Origin: Gammaproteobacteria bacterium
GTDB taxonomy: Bacteria > Pseudomonadota > Gammaproteobacteria > Steroidobacterales > Woeseiaceae
Reading direction: 5' to 3'
DNA length: 64,000 nucleotides
Assembly: GCA_004357475.1 (NCBI GenBank)
Contig: SMWE01000032.1
Coordinates: 9,594 to 73,593, forward strand
How positions within the stretch are numbered: the first letter of the stretch is position 1; every line of letters begins with the position of its first letter. The position numbers and the translations under genes are program-made. The notes below the pieces were generated by a model. The model made no database searches. It was not told the origin of the DNA and worked only from the letters and a program-made list of their open reading frames with translations. This document shows positions 27,047 to 37,452 of this stretch, piece by piece.

Positions 27047-28759
27047 TCAGGCAATGTTGACGATCTGCTCGACAATGAGTTGCGGCGACTCGAAACCCCG
27101 GTACTCGTTGACATCGAGGCGATAGGTCAATTGCACGACGCCACGGTAAACCGGCCCAGCCTGGTTGAATGCGATTGCGTCGACCGGGTCGCCACCGGAT
27201 GCCGGGCGCACGCGAAACCTGAGATGATTGTCGCCAACCGTCCGTTGCTCGTCGATCACGAAATCTCCGGTGAACACCGGTTCGGGAAACCCGGCGCCCC
27301 AGGGCCCTGCTTCCCGCAACACCTTCGCAAACTTCAGATTCATGGCAGCAGCAGGCAAATCGCCATCGGTAAGAATCGCACCACTGAAATCGGCCCCCGG
27401 GTAAAGCCGGCTCATTTGGTGTGCGGCACCTGCCGAGAACTCGGAAAAGCGCTGCTCCGGAATATTCAGACCCGCCGCCATCGCATGCCCACCGAACTTG
27501 CTTATCAGCCCCGGCTTTGCCGATGACACCGCTTCGAGCAGATCACGAATGTGCACGCCGTTGATCGAGCGTGCCGATCCTTTGAGGACTCCATCATCTT
27601 CACGGGCAAACGCAATAACGGGACGGTCGCAACGCTCACGCACGCGTGATGCAATCAGGCCGACGATACCCTGGTGCCATTCCTCATCGTAAAGACACAC
27701 GCATGCCGGCAGGTCTCGTGCGTCGATCGCATCGACGTAGGCAAACGCGTCCTGCCGCATTTTTGCCTCAATGCTGCGGCGTTCCTTGTTGATCTCATCG
27801 AGCGTTGCTGCGAGTTGCGCTGCGGCCTGTGCATCATCAGTAAGCAAGCACTCAATGCCAACTGACATGTCTTCGAGGCGACCTGCCGCATTCAGTCGTG
27901 GACCGACCACGAAACCGAGGTCAGCGCTGACAGCCCGCGCAGGCGATCGCCCCGCCTGCTGAAAAAGCGCCGCTATTCCGGGCACAGCCTTTCCGGCCCG
28001 AATTCGCTGCAAGCCCTGCTGCACGAGGACGCGATTGTTATGGTCCAGCGTCACGACGTCGGCGACGGTCCCTAAGGCAACGAGGTCAAGATAACTGGCA
28101 GGCACCCTGGCCGCTCCGGAGAGTCCATCCGCCTCCAGGCTGCGGCCGAGCGCGGCCATCAGGTAGAACGCAACACCGACACCCGCCAGGTGTGGACTGG
28201 CGAAATCATTGTCGTCAAGATTCGGATTGAGCATGGCGTCCGGCTTCGGCAATTCCGCGCCGGGTAAATGGTGATCGGTAATCAGCACCTCGATGCCGAG
28301 CCGATGTGCTTCTTCGACGCCCTCCACGCTCGACACGCCGTTATCCACGGTTATCAACAGCTCAGGTGAGCGCTCCGCTGCCACACGTACGATTTCCGGC
28401 GACAAGCCATAGCCGAATTCAAAGCGATTCGGCACCAGGTAGCCCGCATCGTTGATTCCGAATTCGCGTAAACAGCGGATGACCAGCGCCGTACTGGTTG
28501 CGCCGTCGGCATCGAAATCTCCGATGACGATGATCCGGTTTTTGCGATGTTTCAAAAGAAGTGCGACAGCCGCATCGATACCGCTCAATGTGCGAACCGG
28601 CACCAGGCGCTGCAGCGTGTAGTCGAGTTGCTCAGGCCCGGTAACCCCGCGCGCCGAGTACAGGCGTCGCAATATTGGATCAAGCTGCAGTAGGCCATCA
28701 GAACCGGCGCTATCGGCAGCGGTTCTTTTCCTGAGGGGGCGAACACGTCGTTCAGGCAT
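27047..28759 (-). CDS. recJ: Single-stranded-DNA-specific exonuclease RecJ
   Basis: DHH motifs (IGDFDADGATS, TVDNG, ITDHH) and the DHHA1 GGHAMAAG motif. 570 aa. Confidence 0.95.
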   Translation of the reverse strand: MPERRVRPLRKRTAADSAGSDGLLQLDPILRRLYSARGVTGPEQLDYTLQRLVPVRTLSGIDAAVALLLKHRKNRIIVIGDFDADGATSTALVIRCLREFGINDAGYLVPNRFEFGYGLSPEIVRVAAERSPELLITVDNGVSSVEGVEEAHRLGIEVLITDHHLPGAELPKPDAMLNPNLDDNDFASPHLAGVGVAFYLMAALGRSLEADGLSGAARVPASYLDLVALGTVADVVTLDHNNRVLVQQGLQRIRAGKAVPGIAALFQQAGRSPARAVSADLGFVVGPRLNAAGRLEDMSVGIECLLTDDAQAAAQLAATLDEINKERRSIEAKMRQDAFAYVDAIDARDLPACVCLYDEEWHQGIVGLIASRVRERCDRPVIAFAREDDGVLKGSARSINGVHIRDLLEAVSSAKPGLISKFGGHAMAAGLNIPEQRFSEFSAGAAHQMSRLYPGADFSGAILTDGDLPAAAMNLKFAKVLREAGPWGAGFPEPVFTGDFVIDEQRTVGDNHLRFRVRPASGGDPVDAIAFNQAGPVYRGVVQLTYRLDVNEYRGFESPQLIVEQIVNIA

Positions 28760-29735
28760 TGTTACCTGCTTCCATCAACAACGGCGACACTTTACGCCAG
28801 AATCGAAATGCATCCTTTTTTTCGACTTCGATTTTCAATCCATCGCGAAACAGCAGCGTCAGCGCTCGTAAGTCACCCCGCCTCAGAATAACTCGCAGGT
28901 TTTCCAGGCAGGTTGCCATTGCCTCAGGCTGTGCATAATCAATCTCGTCCGGAACAACGGCGACAAAACCGTCCGCCGCTTTGTTCAGGCAATCATCGAA
29001 ATTTCCTTCCCAGGAATCGATGAGTCCCGTACAGCTATTCCAGTATCCTTTGAACAAGGGATCGTGAGCAAACAACGGTGGAATCGGCAGCGCGTCTTTT
29101 TCAGGCGCAATACCGCCACCCCAGAACCAGATCGAGTTGACGGACCGCCTGCCGCACAGGCTACGTCGCTGATTCACCTCGTGATCGTGTAACGCCATCT
29201 GCGTCTCGCCCAGCAAGTGATCGTGAGTGACCGCATGATCACCTGCCGGCATGAATTCATCGGGCGCGCGACCATCGACCACCTCGGGCGATACAGCCGC
29301 GGTAGCAATTGGCTCATGACCATGCAGGTAGCCAAAGTGCCCGAGCCTCGCAAATGTATAGCGTTCATCGTCACCCAGGGTTTTCTGCAGGTGATCGAAT
29401 AAGTCCCGCAGATCCGTTCGCGAAATATCGTCACCACGCAATGCATAAAGACACAGGTGATCAAGGCGTGCTTCGAGGTGCACCGGGTCTGCGGCGGCAA
29501 GCCATGCGCCAGGTCGTTCGCCGCTTTGACCCCAGAATCGCAGTGCGGCGAGCCCTTGTCCCGGAACCGAATGGCTGATTGCGCGCAACACGCCGGCCAG
29601 CATCTCTCCCGGACCACCAGGTGATCGAATACGACCTCTCGACAGCCATTTCCTGTGGTCCTGACGCCCCACCCTGCCGTGCCTGCCCGCTGGCAACACG
29701 ATGACCGCATGCGATGGGTAATGAGATTGTGCCAA
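28752..29735 (-). CDS. Conserved hypothetical protein (COG4255 / RpfE-type regulatory protein family, tentative)
   Basis: No catalytic motif recognised. My recollection is that Xanthomonas rpfE sits next to recJ and that such proteins share this size and character. The 8-nt overlap with the recJ start suggests co-translation. Confidence 0.45.
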   Translation of the reverse strand: MAQSHYPSHAVIVLPAGRHGRVGRQDHRKWLSRGRIRSPGGPGEMLAGVLRAISHSVPGQGLAALRFWGQSGERPGAWLAAADPVHLEARLDHLCLYALRGDDISRTDLRDLFDHLQKTLGDDERYTFARLGHFGYLHGHEPIATAAVSPEVVDGRAPDEFMPAGDHAVTHDHLLGETQMALHDHEVNQRRSLCGRRSVNSIWFWGGGIAPEKDALPIPPLFAHDPLFKGYWNSCTGLIDSWEGNFDDCLNKAADGFVAVVPDEIDYAQPEAMATCLENLRVILRRGDLRALTLLFRDGLKIEVEKKDAFRFWRKVSPLLMEAGNNA

Positions 29736-29811
29736 TTCCTGTCAGCCTGTGGCGTCGCGACCAGGTTGCTCGACCAGCCTGATTTTGTATGATGAGGGCC
29801 TGCGTCCACGC

Positions 29812-30240
29812 ATGTTAACCGTGCGCAGCAATGAACGCATCCGCCAGTCAGTATTTGCCGGGGTTCCAGTGAATTTTACGCGCGACCAGATATCTGCCGT
29901 GACTGTGCGCCAGGTCGAACCCGGCGCCATTCAGATCGGCGACGAAACCATCGCGGAGAACGTGGTGCTCTTCAGGGACGAGATTCAGCGCGGCATATCA
30001 ATAGGCAATGTTGCAGCATTGCAGGTGCAGGATCTGCATGACCTGCTGTCGAGGCATCCGGAAATTGTGATTTTCGGCACCGGCTGGAAACCGCAGCGCC
30101 CGCCACGAGAACTCGTGTTTGCGATGGCCCGGCGTGGCATTGGTTTCGAGACGATGGATACGCCAGCCGCCTGCCGCACCTTCAATATCCTGGTCAGCGA
30201 GGGTCGGGACGCCGCGGCCATCCTTATCATTGCGGAATAA
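29812..30240 (+). CDS. Mth938-like (DUF498/NDUFAF3-like) domain protein
   Basis: C-terminal EIVIFGTGWKPQRPP...GIGFETMDTPAACRTFNIL..EGR is the family signature. The start is uncertain (ATG 29812, with a possible GTG slightly downstream). Confidence 0.65.
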   Translation: MLTVRSNERIRQSVFAGVPVNFTRDQISAVTVRQVEPGAIQIGDETIAENVVLFRDEIQRGISIGNVAALQVQDLHDLLSRHPEIVIFGTGWKPQRPPRELVFAMARRGIGFETMDTPAACRTFNILVSEGRDAAAILIIAE

Positions 30241-30261
30241 CAAGACGGTGCCGGCACCGTT

Positions 30262-31221
30262 TCAATCCAGAAGCGATTCGCTGTTAGCGCCGTGACTCTC
30301 AATCATGCTCTTGAGATTCTTCAGCGCATCGATCTGAATCTGCCGTACGCGCTCCCGCGTAACGCCAATTTCCCGCCCAATCTCCTCCAGCGTCAAACGC
30401 CGATAGCCATGTAGCCCGAATCGGCGTTCAACAACCGCACGTTGTCTGTCGTTCAGTTTGAATATCCATCCATCGAGAATGGCGTGAACGCGTTCTTTTT
30501 GCGCGCATTGTGCGGGTTCTGCCTCCTGCCGTGCCGGCAGAAAATCCAGCGCTCCGCGATCCTCGTTTGTCCCGGCACTTCCGGATGAGCCAATGGTGAC
30601 CCGGTTATGCAGCCCGAGCAACCTCTCGATATCCTCTACATCACGCTCCATGTAGTCAGCAATTTCTGCCGGTGTCGGGGCCGTTTCCCGGGAATGGCAC
30701 AGACTTCTCGACGCCCTGAGCACTGTGTTGATGTCCTTGATGATATGGATCGGCAACCTGACCGTCCGCGACTGATTCATGATGGCCCGCTCGATGGTTT
30801 GACGAATCCACCAGGTTGCGTAGGTCGAGAATCGAAAACCCCTCTCGGGATCGAATTTCTTCACCGCGTGAATCAGACCGAGGTTCCCCTCTTCGATCAA
30901 GTCGAGTAGCGGCAGTCCGCGGTTGTAATAGTGCCGGGCGATTTTGACCACCAGCCGCAGATTGCTTTCGATCATGCGATGGCGCGCTGCCTCGTCACCT
31001 TTCCTGCTGCGTCGCGCGAATTTTTTCTCCTCCGCCGCGGTCAGCAGTTTCGCTACACCGATTTCGTTCAGATACAGGCTGGTGGCGTCGTGACCGCGGG
31101 CCTTTGCAACTGACTTTTTCTTTTCGAGCGTGGATCTGAGGACTTCGGGTTGCGCAGGTGGGCTTGCGACAGTTGTTGACCGCCGCTCAGTTGGATCTGC
31201 TGAGACATGCGTCTCGCCCAC
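30262..31221 (-). CDS. rpoS: Stationary-phase sigma factor RpoS
   Basis: [63 protein letters not shown] and region 4 motifs. nlpD-rpoS synteny. Confidence 0.92.
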   Translation of the reverse strand: MGETHVSADPTERRSTTVASPPAQPEVLRSTLEKKKSVAKARGHDATSLYLNEIGVAKLLTAAEEKKFARRSRKGDEAARHRMIESNLRLVVKIARHYYNRGLPLLDLIEEGNLGLIHAVKKFDPERGFRFSTYATWWIRQTIERAIMNQSRTVRLPIHIIKDINTVLRASRSLCHSRETAPTPAEIADYMERDVEDIERLLGLHNRVTIGSSGSAGTNEDRGALDFLPARQEAEPAQCAQKERVHAILDGWIFKLNDRQRAVVERRFGLHGYRRLTLEEIGREIGVTRERVRQIQIDALKNLKSMIESHGANSESLLD

Positions 31222-31284
31222 AGTACAACTCCTCTCCTTATCCGGGAGTTGTAACCACTGACGTCATTTGACCATCAGGTCGAA

Positions 31285-31995
31285 TTATCGCGCAGGCAGA
31301 TATTGTCGCGGGTTAACCGGCTCGCCATTGCGCCTGATTTCAAAAAGCAGTCGCGGCTCTTGTCCCGGCCCCTCCCCCATGGTCGCAATACGCTGGCTTT
31401 TCTTAATGTTGTCGCCTTCCTTGACCAGCAACGACGCGTTGTGCCCGTAGGCACTAAGGTAGGTGTCGTTGTGCTTAAGGATAATAAGCTGTCCATAACC
31501 GATTAGTCCACCTCCGGAATAAACGACTCGGCCGGCTGCTGCCGCTCTTATCGGCTGGCCGGCCCTGCCAGCGATCAACAAACCGGTCCCTGAACCAGGC
31601 CGGCCAGAAAAATCCGCGACGATCCTGCCGCTTGTCGGCCAGGCCCACGCTGGCGGCGGCGGGGACTTGCTGCCAGGCAGCGGGCGGCCTGCTGGCTTGC
31701 TGGCCGGGGTTTTGCGGCCGGCAGTCGTGCTGGCCGGGGGTCCGTTCAGGCGTATGACCTGGCCGGGATAGATCAACGAACCATCGCCAAGGTTGTTCCA
31801 GCGCGCGAGATCGCGATGATCCCTGCCATAACGCCACGCAATGGTGAAAAGTGTCTCTCCGGAGCGGACGATATGCTGATCCGGTGGCGGCTGTTCCCAA
31901 AGCGATGACGGACCACAGGCCGTCAACAGCAATGCAACCGCCAGCAACAGCGCCGGTCGGCTATGGCTGCAGAAATTTTCGGATCCTGTTGACAC
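31285..31995 (-). CDS. nlpD: Lipoprotein NlpD (LysM plus M23 peptidase-like domain)
   Basis: Lipobox LLTAC, a LysM domain (HIVRSGETLFTIAWRY...) and a C-terminal M23 domain (GYGQLIILKHNDTYLSAYGHN). Confidence 0.85.
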   Translation of the reverse strand: MSTGSENFCSHSRPALLLAVALLLTACGPSSLWEQPPPDQHIVRSGETLFTIAWRYGRDHRDLARWNNLGDGSLIYPGQVIRLNGPPASTTAGRKTPASKPAGRPLPGSKSPPPPAWAWPTSGRIVADFSGRPGSGTGLLIAGRAGQPIRAAAAGRVVYSGGGLIGYGQLIILKHNDTYLSAYGHNASLLVKEGDNIKKSQRIATMGEGPGQEPRLLFEIRRNGEPVNPRQYLPAR

Positions 31996-32013
31996 GATTG
32001 GCTCGCCGACTCG

Positions 32014-32619
32014 TCACTGGTGATTAAGCCAGATCAAGCCGCCAATGCCGGCGGCCAGGGCGACGACGCCCCAGCCGATTCTCTCTATATAGGTGGCGAT
32101 CGTTGACTCCATCCGCTCGCCGCCGGCGATGACCAACCCTGCCACGAGAAAGAATCTCGCCCCTCTACCGATCAGCGAGGCGACAACAAAGCCCGGAAAA
32201 CTCAGCATCACGACTCCCGCCGATATAGTAAAAATCTTGTAGGGAATCGGCGAAAAACCGGCGACAAATACTGCCCAGATGCCCCAGTTGTCGAACCATT
32301 CCCTGGCACGCAAATAGGCCGTCCAGTAGCCCATCGAATGCAGCCACGGTTCGATTGCCGAGAACAGAAAGTAGCCGATCGCATACCCGGCGATACCTCC
32401 GGCCAGCGACGCAGCCGTGGTAATGGTGGCAAAACGCCACGCCCTGGCGCGATTCGCGAGGCACATCGGCGCGAGCATGACATCCGGTGGTATCGGGAAA
32501 AACGAAGACTCGGCGAAACTCATTGCGCCGAGATAACGCACGGCGTGCGGATGCTTGGCCCAGTTCAGGACACGATCATACAAAGGCCCAAACAGCCGCA
32601 TCGTCAGATCTGTTCCCAA
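32014..32619 (-). CDS. YqaA-family (DedA/SNARE-associated-like) membrane protein
   Basis: FAESSFFPIPPDVML motif and multiple TM helices. An alternative ATG at 32601 is possible. Confidence 0.72.
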   Translation of the reverse strand: MGTDLTMRLFGPLYDRVLNWAKHPHAVRYLGAMSFAESSFFPIPPDVMLAPMCLANRARAWRFATITTAASLAGGIAGYAIGYFLFSAIEPWLHSMGYWTAYLRAREWFDNWGIWAVFVAGFSPIPYKIFTISAGVVMLSFPGFVVASLIGRGARFFLVAGLVIAGGERMESTIATYIERIGWGVVALAAGIGGLIWLNHQ

Positions 32620-32667
32620 GTCACAGAATTGGGTCTAAGTAGACTACAAAACATATTGATTTTCTTG

Positions 32668-33333
32668 CTATTTCCCTTTGACAAGCGGAACAAAACTTAC
32701 GCCACCCAGCGAAACTTGCTCGAAATGATCGTCGCGCCTGCGGACCATGGTCAACTCCTGGGCACCCGAGGGACCGACCGGCATGATCAGCCTGCCGCCA
32801 GGCGCGATCTGTTCAAGCAGCTTCTGCGGTAATTCCGTTGCGGCTGCGGCGACGATTATTCCATCGTAAGGCGCGTATTTCGGCCAGCCCTCCCAGCCAT
32901 CGCCGAGCCGAAACCTGACGTTATAGATGTCCAGTTGCCGGAGGCGCTGCTTCGCCTTTCTTAATAACTCCGGAATGCGCTCGACGGTGTAAATCTCCTT
33001 CACCAGGGGCGCCAGCACGGCAGTCTGGTAGCCGCAGCCGGTGCCAATCTCGAGCACCTTGTCACCAGCAAAGTCAGCGAGCAACGCTTCGGTCATTTTC
33101 GCGACGACATAGGGCTGGCTAATCGTCTGACTGTGACCGATTGGCAATGCGGTATCTTCGTAGGAACGACTCGCCAGGGCCTCATCGACGAACAGGTGCC
33201 GCGGCACATTGCGGATCTGTTCCAGTACCGCGGAAGACCGGATGCCGTGTTTCTTAAGACGATCCACAAGACGATCGCGCGTGCGTGCGGACGTCATGCC
33301 GATTCCCTGGATGCTGTCCGCCCACTGCATCAT
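32668..33333 (-). CDS. pcm: Protein-L-isoaspartate O-methyltransferase
   Basis: [13 protein letters not shown] and [19 protein letters not shown]-binding blocks. surE-pcm synteny. Confidence 0.92.
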   Translation of the reverse strand: MMQWADSIQGIGMTSARTRDRLVDRLKKHGIRSSAVLEQIRNVPRHLFVDEALASRSYEDTALPIGHSQTISQPYVVAKMTEALLADFAGDKVLEIGTGCGYQTAVLAPLVKEIYTVERIPELLRKAKQRLRQLDIYNVRFRLGDGWEGWPKYAPYDGIIVAAAATELPQKLLEQIAPGGRLIMPVGPSGAQELTMVRRRDDHFEQVSLGGVSFVPLVKGK

Positions 33334-34073
33334 GCGGCCAGCCAGTCCCTGAGCTGAGGAAGAGACTCGTGCCGCGTCAGGTCGACCTTGAGCGGCGTTA
33401 CAGCGACCGCCCCACGCTCGACCGCCTCGAAATCGGTTCCGGGACCCGCATCCTGTCCCGGCCCGGCGGGGCCAATCCAGTAAATTGTCCGGCCCTGCGG
33501 ATCCTTGTTCCTGACCAATGGCTCCGAGCGATGGCGAAAACCCAGCCGGGTGATCTCGACACCGGCCAGGCGATCAAAAGGCAGGTCCGGAACATTCACA
33601 TTCAAAATGATGTCGCCTGGCAGGGGCTTGCTCTGTAATCGCTTTACCAGATCGCAAGCCACCCTGGCGGCGGTGGCGAAATGCTTGCCGTGCTGGCCGA
33701 CGAGGGACACCGCAATTGCCGGGAGGCCGAGGAAGCGGCCTTCCATCGCCGCTGCGACCGTGCCTGAATAGATGACATCGTCGCCGAGATTGGCGCCATG
33801 ATTGACGCCGGATACGACCAGATCCGGGTCGTCCGAAAGGTAGCCCGACAAGGCCAGATGCACGCAATCAGACGGCGTGCCGTTGACGAAAAACCGGTTT
33901 TCCTCGACCTGGTGGACCCTGAGCGGCGAGTGCAGCGTCAGTGAATTACTGGCACCGCTGTGATTCCGGTCGGGTGCCATCAAGACAATTTCGGCGATTT
34001 CGGACAGGGCGTCTGCGAGTGCAATAATGCCCTTCGCCATGTAGCCGTCGTCGTTACTAACCAGAATTTTCAC
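33330..34073 (-). CDS. surE: 5'/3'-nucleotidase SurE
   Basis: [10 protein letters not shown]..., [25 protein letters not shown]. Confidence 0.95.
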   Translation of the reverse strand: MKILVSNDDGYMAKGIIALADALSEIAEIVLMAPDRNHSGASNSLTLHSPLRVHQVEENRFFVNGTPSDCVHLALSGYLSDDPDLVVSGVNHGANLGDDVIYSGTVAAAMEGRFLGLPAIAVSLVGQHGKHFATAARVACDLVKRLQSKPLPGDIILNVNVPDLPFDRLAGVEITRLGFRHRSEPLVRNKDPQGRTIYWIGPAGPGQDAGPGTDFEAVERGAVAVTPLKVDLTRHESLPQLRDWLAA

Positions 34074-34195
34074 TGTTTGTTGATTTCTTCGTCAGACTGA
34101 CGCAATGGTTGCTTGCTATCTGCATTGGCCGTGAAGGACGCGCTCACTATACTCAATGTTTCCCCGACACCATAGCGCTAATCCGGGTATTCCCG

Positions 34196-34750
34196 ATGGC
34201 CCGAAAAAAAGACTCTGAAAGCATCACCGAAGATGACGTCAGCTTGTTCCGTCGCCTGATAGGTGATGCGAAACCGCTGCCGCAGACAAACCAGGCACCG
34301 GAGCACCGGCCGAGGGTCAGTACGCGTGCTCGCTTTGCACGCCGGGACGAACGAGAGGCACTGGCCGCGAGTCTCGATGCCGACATCGATGAAACCGAAA
34401 CAGGTGCCGGCGCAAGCCTGCATTTTCACCGGCCGTCCGTCGGCCGGCGAACCATGCGCAAACTCGGACGCGGCAAATTCAGCGTGCAGGACGAGATCGA
34501 CCTGCACGGCATGACCGTAGTGCAAGCAAAAGACGCGCTCCAAGAATTCATCGGGGCGTGTGAATTGCGCGGCTGCACCTGCATCCGCATCGTCCACGGC
34601 AAAGGACTTGGCTCCGGCGATCGCGGGCCTGTCATAAAAAACAAAGTGAACAAGTGGCTAAAACAATGGGATGAGGTGCTGGCGTTTGTGTCGGCAAGAC
34701 AAATCGATGGCGGCACCGGCGCCGTCTATGTCCTGCTCAGGAAGAGCTGA
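34196..34750 (+). CDS. Smr-domain protein
   Basis: C-terminal Smr domain (IDLHGMTVVQAKDAL...IVHGKGLGS...). ATG at 34196 (MARKKDSE) chosen over the longer ORF. Confidence 0.8.
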   Translation: MARKKDSESITEDDVSLFRRLIGDAKPLPQTNQAPEHRPRVSTRARFARRDEREALAASLDADIDETETGAGASLHFHRPSVGRRTMRKLGRGKFSVQDEIDLHGMTVVQAKDALQEFIGACELRGCTCIRIVHGKGLGSGDRGPVIKNKVNKWLKQWDEVLAFVSARQIDGGTGAVYVLLRKS

Positions 34751-35016
34751 CGAGATTATTGAGGTGGCGGATGACAATCGAAAACAGATGTCGTTTGGGC
34801 GTCTCGAAGAACAGCTTACGCTGACTTCCTCATGTGATTGGGAGGAAAGGTTTCCGCGGTAATTGCACCCGGCCGGCGTATTCCGCTCGTAGTTATCCCG
34901 CCAAATGGTTTGAATTGCGGATTTCCGCTATCCTGTGTCAGCCCATATTTCGGCGCATCGGGGGAATGCATCGCGCTTAAGTGACTCCTGCGATGACAAT
35001 AAGAAAAGGACGGAAA

Positions 35017-37020
35017 ATGCACGCCAAACCTGTTCGCAGTTCGCTCTCACTGGTTCTTTTGTTGTTGCCTGTTTTTGCCATGGCCCAGGACGATGAAAGG
35101 CTGATCACGATTGACGATATCCTGGCGATGAAATCGATCGGCGATCCGCAGGTCAGTCCCGATGGTGAACTGGTTGCGTACACCGTTCGTCAGCGTGACC
35201 TGGAGGAAGACAAATCGGTGACACAGATCTGGGTTGTTGCAACATCCGGGGGCGATCCGATTCCGATGACGTCTGCCGATACGTCGGCCAGCAGCCCGCG
35301 GTGGAGTCCGGACAACAAGTATCTGTCCTTCAAGGCATCGAAGGGCGAAAAGGCCAGGTCACAAGTCTGGAATCTGAATCGACTCGGCGGTGAGGCCACG
35401 CAGGTCACCAGCGTCAAACAAGGCGTCGACAACTATGACTGGTCGCCCGATGGCAGCCGGATGTTATTGATAATCCGGGACCCCCGCCCTGCCGATCTGA
35501 CGGAAGATGAAGAAGACGACGAGCAGCCCCTGCCGCACGTCATTGACCGCATGCAGTTCAAACAGGACTACGTTGGCTACCTTGATCGCCGCAGGGCACA
35601 TATATACGTGTACACACCCGGTGAAGAGGAACCCGTGCAAGTCACTTTCGGTGACTACGATGATTCCGATCCGGTGTGGAGCCCCGATGGCAAATCGATC
35701 GCTTTCGTCGGTGACAGGTCTGAAAATCCGGATCTGAATTACGGAACCGACATCTGGAGTGTCTCTGTTGACGGCAATGATCATCCACTGGTGCAGGTGA
35801 CGTCGCACCCGGGACGCGATTTTTCGCCCACGTGGAGTCCGGATGGCAAGAGCATTGCGTACGTAAGCTCGACAGGATTGGACATCGGCGGGTCCGCGTT
35901 GACACCAACGCGCAGACTGGCCATTACCGAAGTCGGCAGAGACGAACGACGGATATTGACGCCGGATCTTGATCGCAATATCTCGGATCCGGAGTTTTCC
36001 GCGAACGGCCGTCATATTCTTTTCCGGCTCGAGGACAGCGGCCAGGTCCATTTTGCTTCTGTCAGGACGAACGGCAGCAATCTGGAAAGACATCTGGAAC
36101 GCCAGGTGACCGTGCGTGACTATGCAAGCGGCGGCGGTCACACGGTATTGCTCGTTGCACAGGCGGACCAGCCGACGGAGCTTTACACTTTCGATGGCGG
36201 CAACCTGGCGCCACTGACGCATGTTAATGGTGATTTGCTTGACGGCGTCGCTCGCGCCGAGGTTGAAAAGTTACGGTTTGAAAGCGCGGACGGCACACCG
36301 GTCGAGGCCTTCTATGTCAAACCTGTCGGCCACCATTCGTCGCAACGATATCCAACGATCTTATGGCTGCACGGCGGTCCTGCCTCGCAATTCTCCTACA
36401 GTTTTTCCGAGGTTGCACAATTGTTCGCCGCTAATGGCTACGCAGTGATTATGCCGAATCCCAGGGGCTCAACGGGCTATGGCGAAGAATTTGCACAAGG
36501 CACGGTCGCCGCGTGGGGCGACAGGGATTTTCAGGACGTGATGGCGGCAGTCGATCATGGCATTGAGATTGGACTCGTCGACCCCGATCGTTTGGGTGTC
36601 GGGGGCTGGTCTTACGGCGGCATCCTTACCAATTATGTGATTACGCAAACCACCCGATTCAAAGCAGCAACTTCAGGCGCGAGCTTAGGCCTGGTTACCG
36701 CAAACTACGGTCATGATCATTATCAATTGATGTACGAACTCGAATTCGGATTACCGTGGGAACATCCGGAGCGGTGGGTGAAGCTTTCGCCATTTTCAAA
36801 GGTGGAAGCGATCACAACGCCGACCCTCTGGATGGGTGGCGCGCTGGACTGGAACGTGCCGATCATTAACTCGGAGCAGATGTACATTGCAATGAAACGC
36901 CTGGGTCGGGAAACCCAGTTAGTCGTTTATCCGGACGAGCATCACGGTATCCGGCGGCCCACATTCGAGAAGGATCGCCTCGAGCGCTGGTTGGCCTGGT
37001 TCGACAATTATCTGAAGTAG
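35017..37020 (+). CDS. S9-family serine peptidase (beta-propeller plus alpha/beta-hydrolase)
   Basis: Signal peptide, repeated SPDG-type propeller motifs, catalytic GWSYGG nucleophile elbow and C-terminal DEHHG. SD AAGGA lies upstream of the ATG at 35017. Confidence 0.85.
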   Translation: MHAKPVRSSLSLVLLLLPVFAMAQDDERLITIDDILAMKSIGDPQVSPDGELVAYTVRQRDLEEDKSVTQIWVVATSGGDPIPMTSADTSASSPRWSPDNKYLSFKASKGEKARSQVWNLNRLGGEATQVTSVKQGVDNYDWSPDGSRMLLIIRDPRPADLTEDEEDDEQPLPHVIDRMQFKQDYVGYLDRRRAHIYVYTPGEEEPVQVTFGDYDDSDPVWSPDGKSIAFVGDRSENPDLNYGTDIWSVSVDGNDHPLVQVTSHPGRDFSPTWSPDGKSIAYVSSTGLDIGGSALTPTRRLAITEVGRDERRILTPDLDRNISDPEFSANGRHILFRLEDSGQVHFASVRTNGSNLERHLERQVTVRDYASGGGHTVLLVAQADQPTELYTFDGGNLAPLTHVNGDLLDGVARAEVEKLRFESADGTPVEAFYVKPVGHHSSQRYPTILWLHGGPASQFSYSFSEVAQLFAANGYAVIMPNPRGSTGYGEEFAQGTVAAWGDRDFQDVMAAVDHGIEIGLVDPDRLGVGGWSYGGILTNYVITQTTRFKAATSGASLGLVTANYGHDHYQLMYELEFGLPWEHPERWVKLSPFSKVEAITTPTLWMGGALDWNVPIINSEQMYIAMKRLGRETQLVVYPDEHHGIRRPTFEKDRLERWLAWFDNYLK

Positions 37021-37139
37021 TTCGAACCAGCGCCTGGCAATAATAAAATCACTGTGAGGTCGAAGGCACTCGCATCGCTCGCCTGCCAGGTGATAGGCTT
37101 TACATATCTGTCATCCCGGGAACCCTGGAGTCAAAAAGT

Positions 37140-37418
37140 ATGGTAACGGCGATAGTCCTGATCAAGTCTGAAAGAAACCGGATTCCCGATCTGGCGCAGA
37201 AAATTGCCAATATGAAGGGTGTCAGCGAAGTATTCTCGGTGGCAGGTCGCTACGATCTCGTTGCAATCGTCAAGGTTGCCCAGAATGAAGACCTGGCCGA
37301 TGTGGTCAGCGACGCGATGCGGGACCAGGAGGGGATGCTCGAGACCGAAACACTGATTGCATTCCGCGCGTTTTCTCACGAAGAAATGTCGGCTGGTTTC
37401 GACCTCGGTCTCGACTAG
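37140..37418 (+). CDS. Stand-alone Lrp/AsnC-type ligand-binding (RAM) domain protein
   Basis: 92 aa. VLIK...L..M.GVSEVFSVAGRYDLVAIV...T.T follows the AsnC_trans_reg pattern. No HTH domain is present. Confidence 0.65.
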   Translation: MVTAIVLIKSERNRIPDLAQKIANMKGVSEVFSVAGRYDLVAIVKVAQNEDLADVVSDAMRDQEGMLETETLIAFRAFSHEEMSAGFDLGLD

Positions 37419-37452
37419 GAACAACTCGCAGATCTTGCCCAGGAGGTGCTGT

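Noticed and set aside
37131-37424. 97-aa minus-strand ORF mirroring the RAM-domain gene
   Set aside because: The plus-strand frame shows the Lrp/AsnC ligand-binding pattern, and the minus-strand product has none.
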